Shown here piece after piece: positions 63,413 through 64,000 of a stretch of DNA of 64,000 nucleotides (positions are counted from its first letter, which is position 1; each line of letters opens with the position of its first letter). This DNA comes from Stylophora pistillata (Eukaryota). The stretch covers positions 1 through 64,000 of the forward strand of contig NW_019218685.1 in NCBI RefSeq assembly GCF_002571385.2, written 5' to 3'. Below the pieces are notes generated by a model. The model searched no databases. It was not told where the DNA came from and saw only the letters and a list, made by a program, of their open reading frames with translations. A program made the position numbers and the translations under genes.

Positions 63413-64000
63413 TCGATCGCTTTAAGCCTAGTTCACATGAGTGACATGGCTAAGTTTCGAAACTAACCAAACTATTTAGAAAGGACACTAGTGTTTCTAT
63501 GTTTATGTCTGTAGTACGTTTGAACTTATGCTTACAGACGATAGAGAAACGCAAACCAGGAATCAATGAATTACCACTTATTTATTTTCCGTTGTACCAC
63601 AATGTTGTTGATTACAGGTCTGTCAGGGAAAAGCTGAGCAACGACTCTTGCACATGCGCAGGGTTTGCTAAAGTTATAGTGCAGTTGACTACGAAGAATT
63701 TTCTAAGCATATGACATGTGTACACGGCTGTGGTTAACGGAAGAAATTCCTTGCTCGTTCACGTTTCTTATTTGGTCGTTTCCTTGACAGAAATTCAACT
63801 GGAGCTACAATCTTCGCTTAGCATCTTAATTGAGTACAAATCAAAAATAAAAGATGTGAAAAGACTGATTTACCGAGCCAAATGACCTTAAACTCAACTT
63901 ACCGGTAACTTAATTTCCTGCTGTCGTGCTCTTCAGAACGAGACAAAACAGACAAGAGCTAATCCTTTACTTCTCAAATACTTATCTTATACCAGTCCTT

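Overview
This is AT-rich, intron-containing eukaryotic DNA with six N-gaps. The dispersed repeat families look like those of stony corals, probably Pocilloporidae; this is inferred from my recollection of the repeat types, not from a search. I assembled gene models by hand from GT-AG boundaries and checked the exon phases. In order they are: (1) an intronless GT10 alpha-1,3-fucosyltransferase-like gene with a rewritten donor-binding motif; (2) CUEDC1 (7 exons, minus); (3) an orphan first exon; (4) an 18-exon secreted protein gene (signal peptide, 2 discoidin domains, Asp-box region, RKRR, 4 EGF, PHR) carrying 2-3 in-frame stops; (5) a 3-exon secreted protein with two HxxH motifs; (6) DENR (8 exons, minus), whose strong first ATG opens a 15-codon ORF that ends TAA directly against the main ATG; (7, 8) two convergent paralogous Cys-rich hairpin membrane protein genes; (9) a decayed multi-exon gene at the right end. 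Mobile DNA includes two L2/CR1-type LINE relics, a rearranged Penelope element, an inverted pair of Penelope-type minimal hammerhead motifs, tRNA-SINEs and many MITEs. There are no rRNA genes, true tRNA genes or CRISPR arrays.
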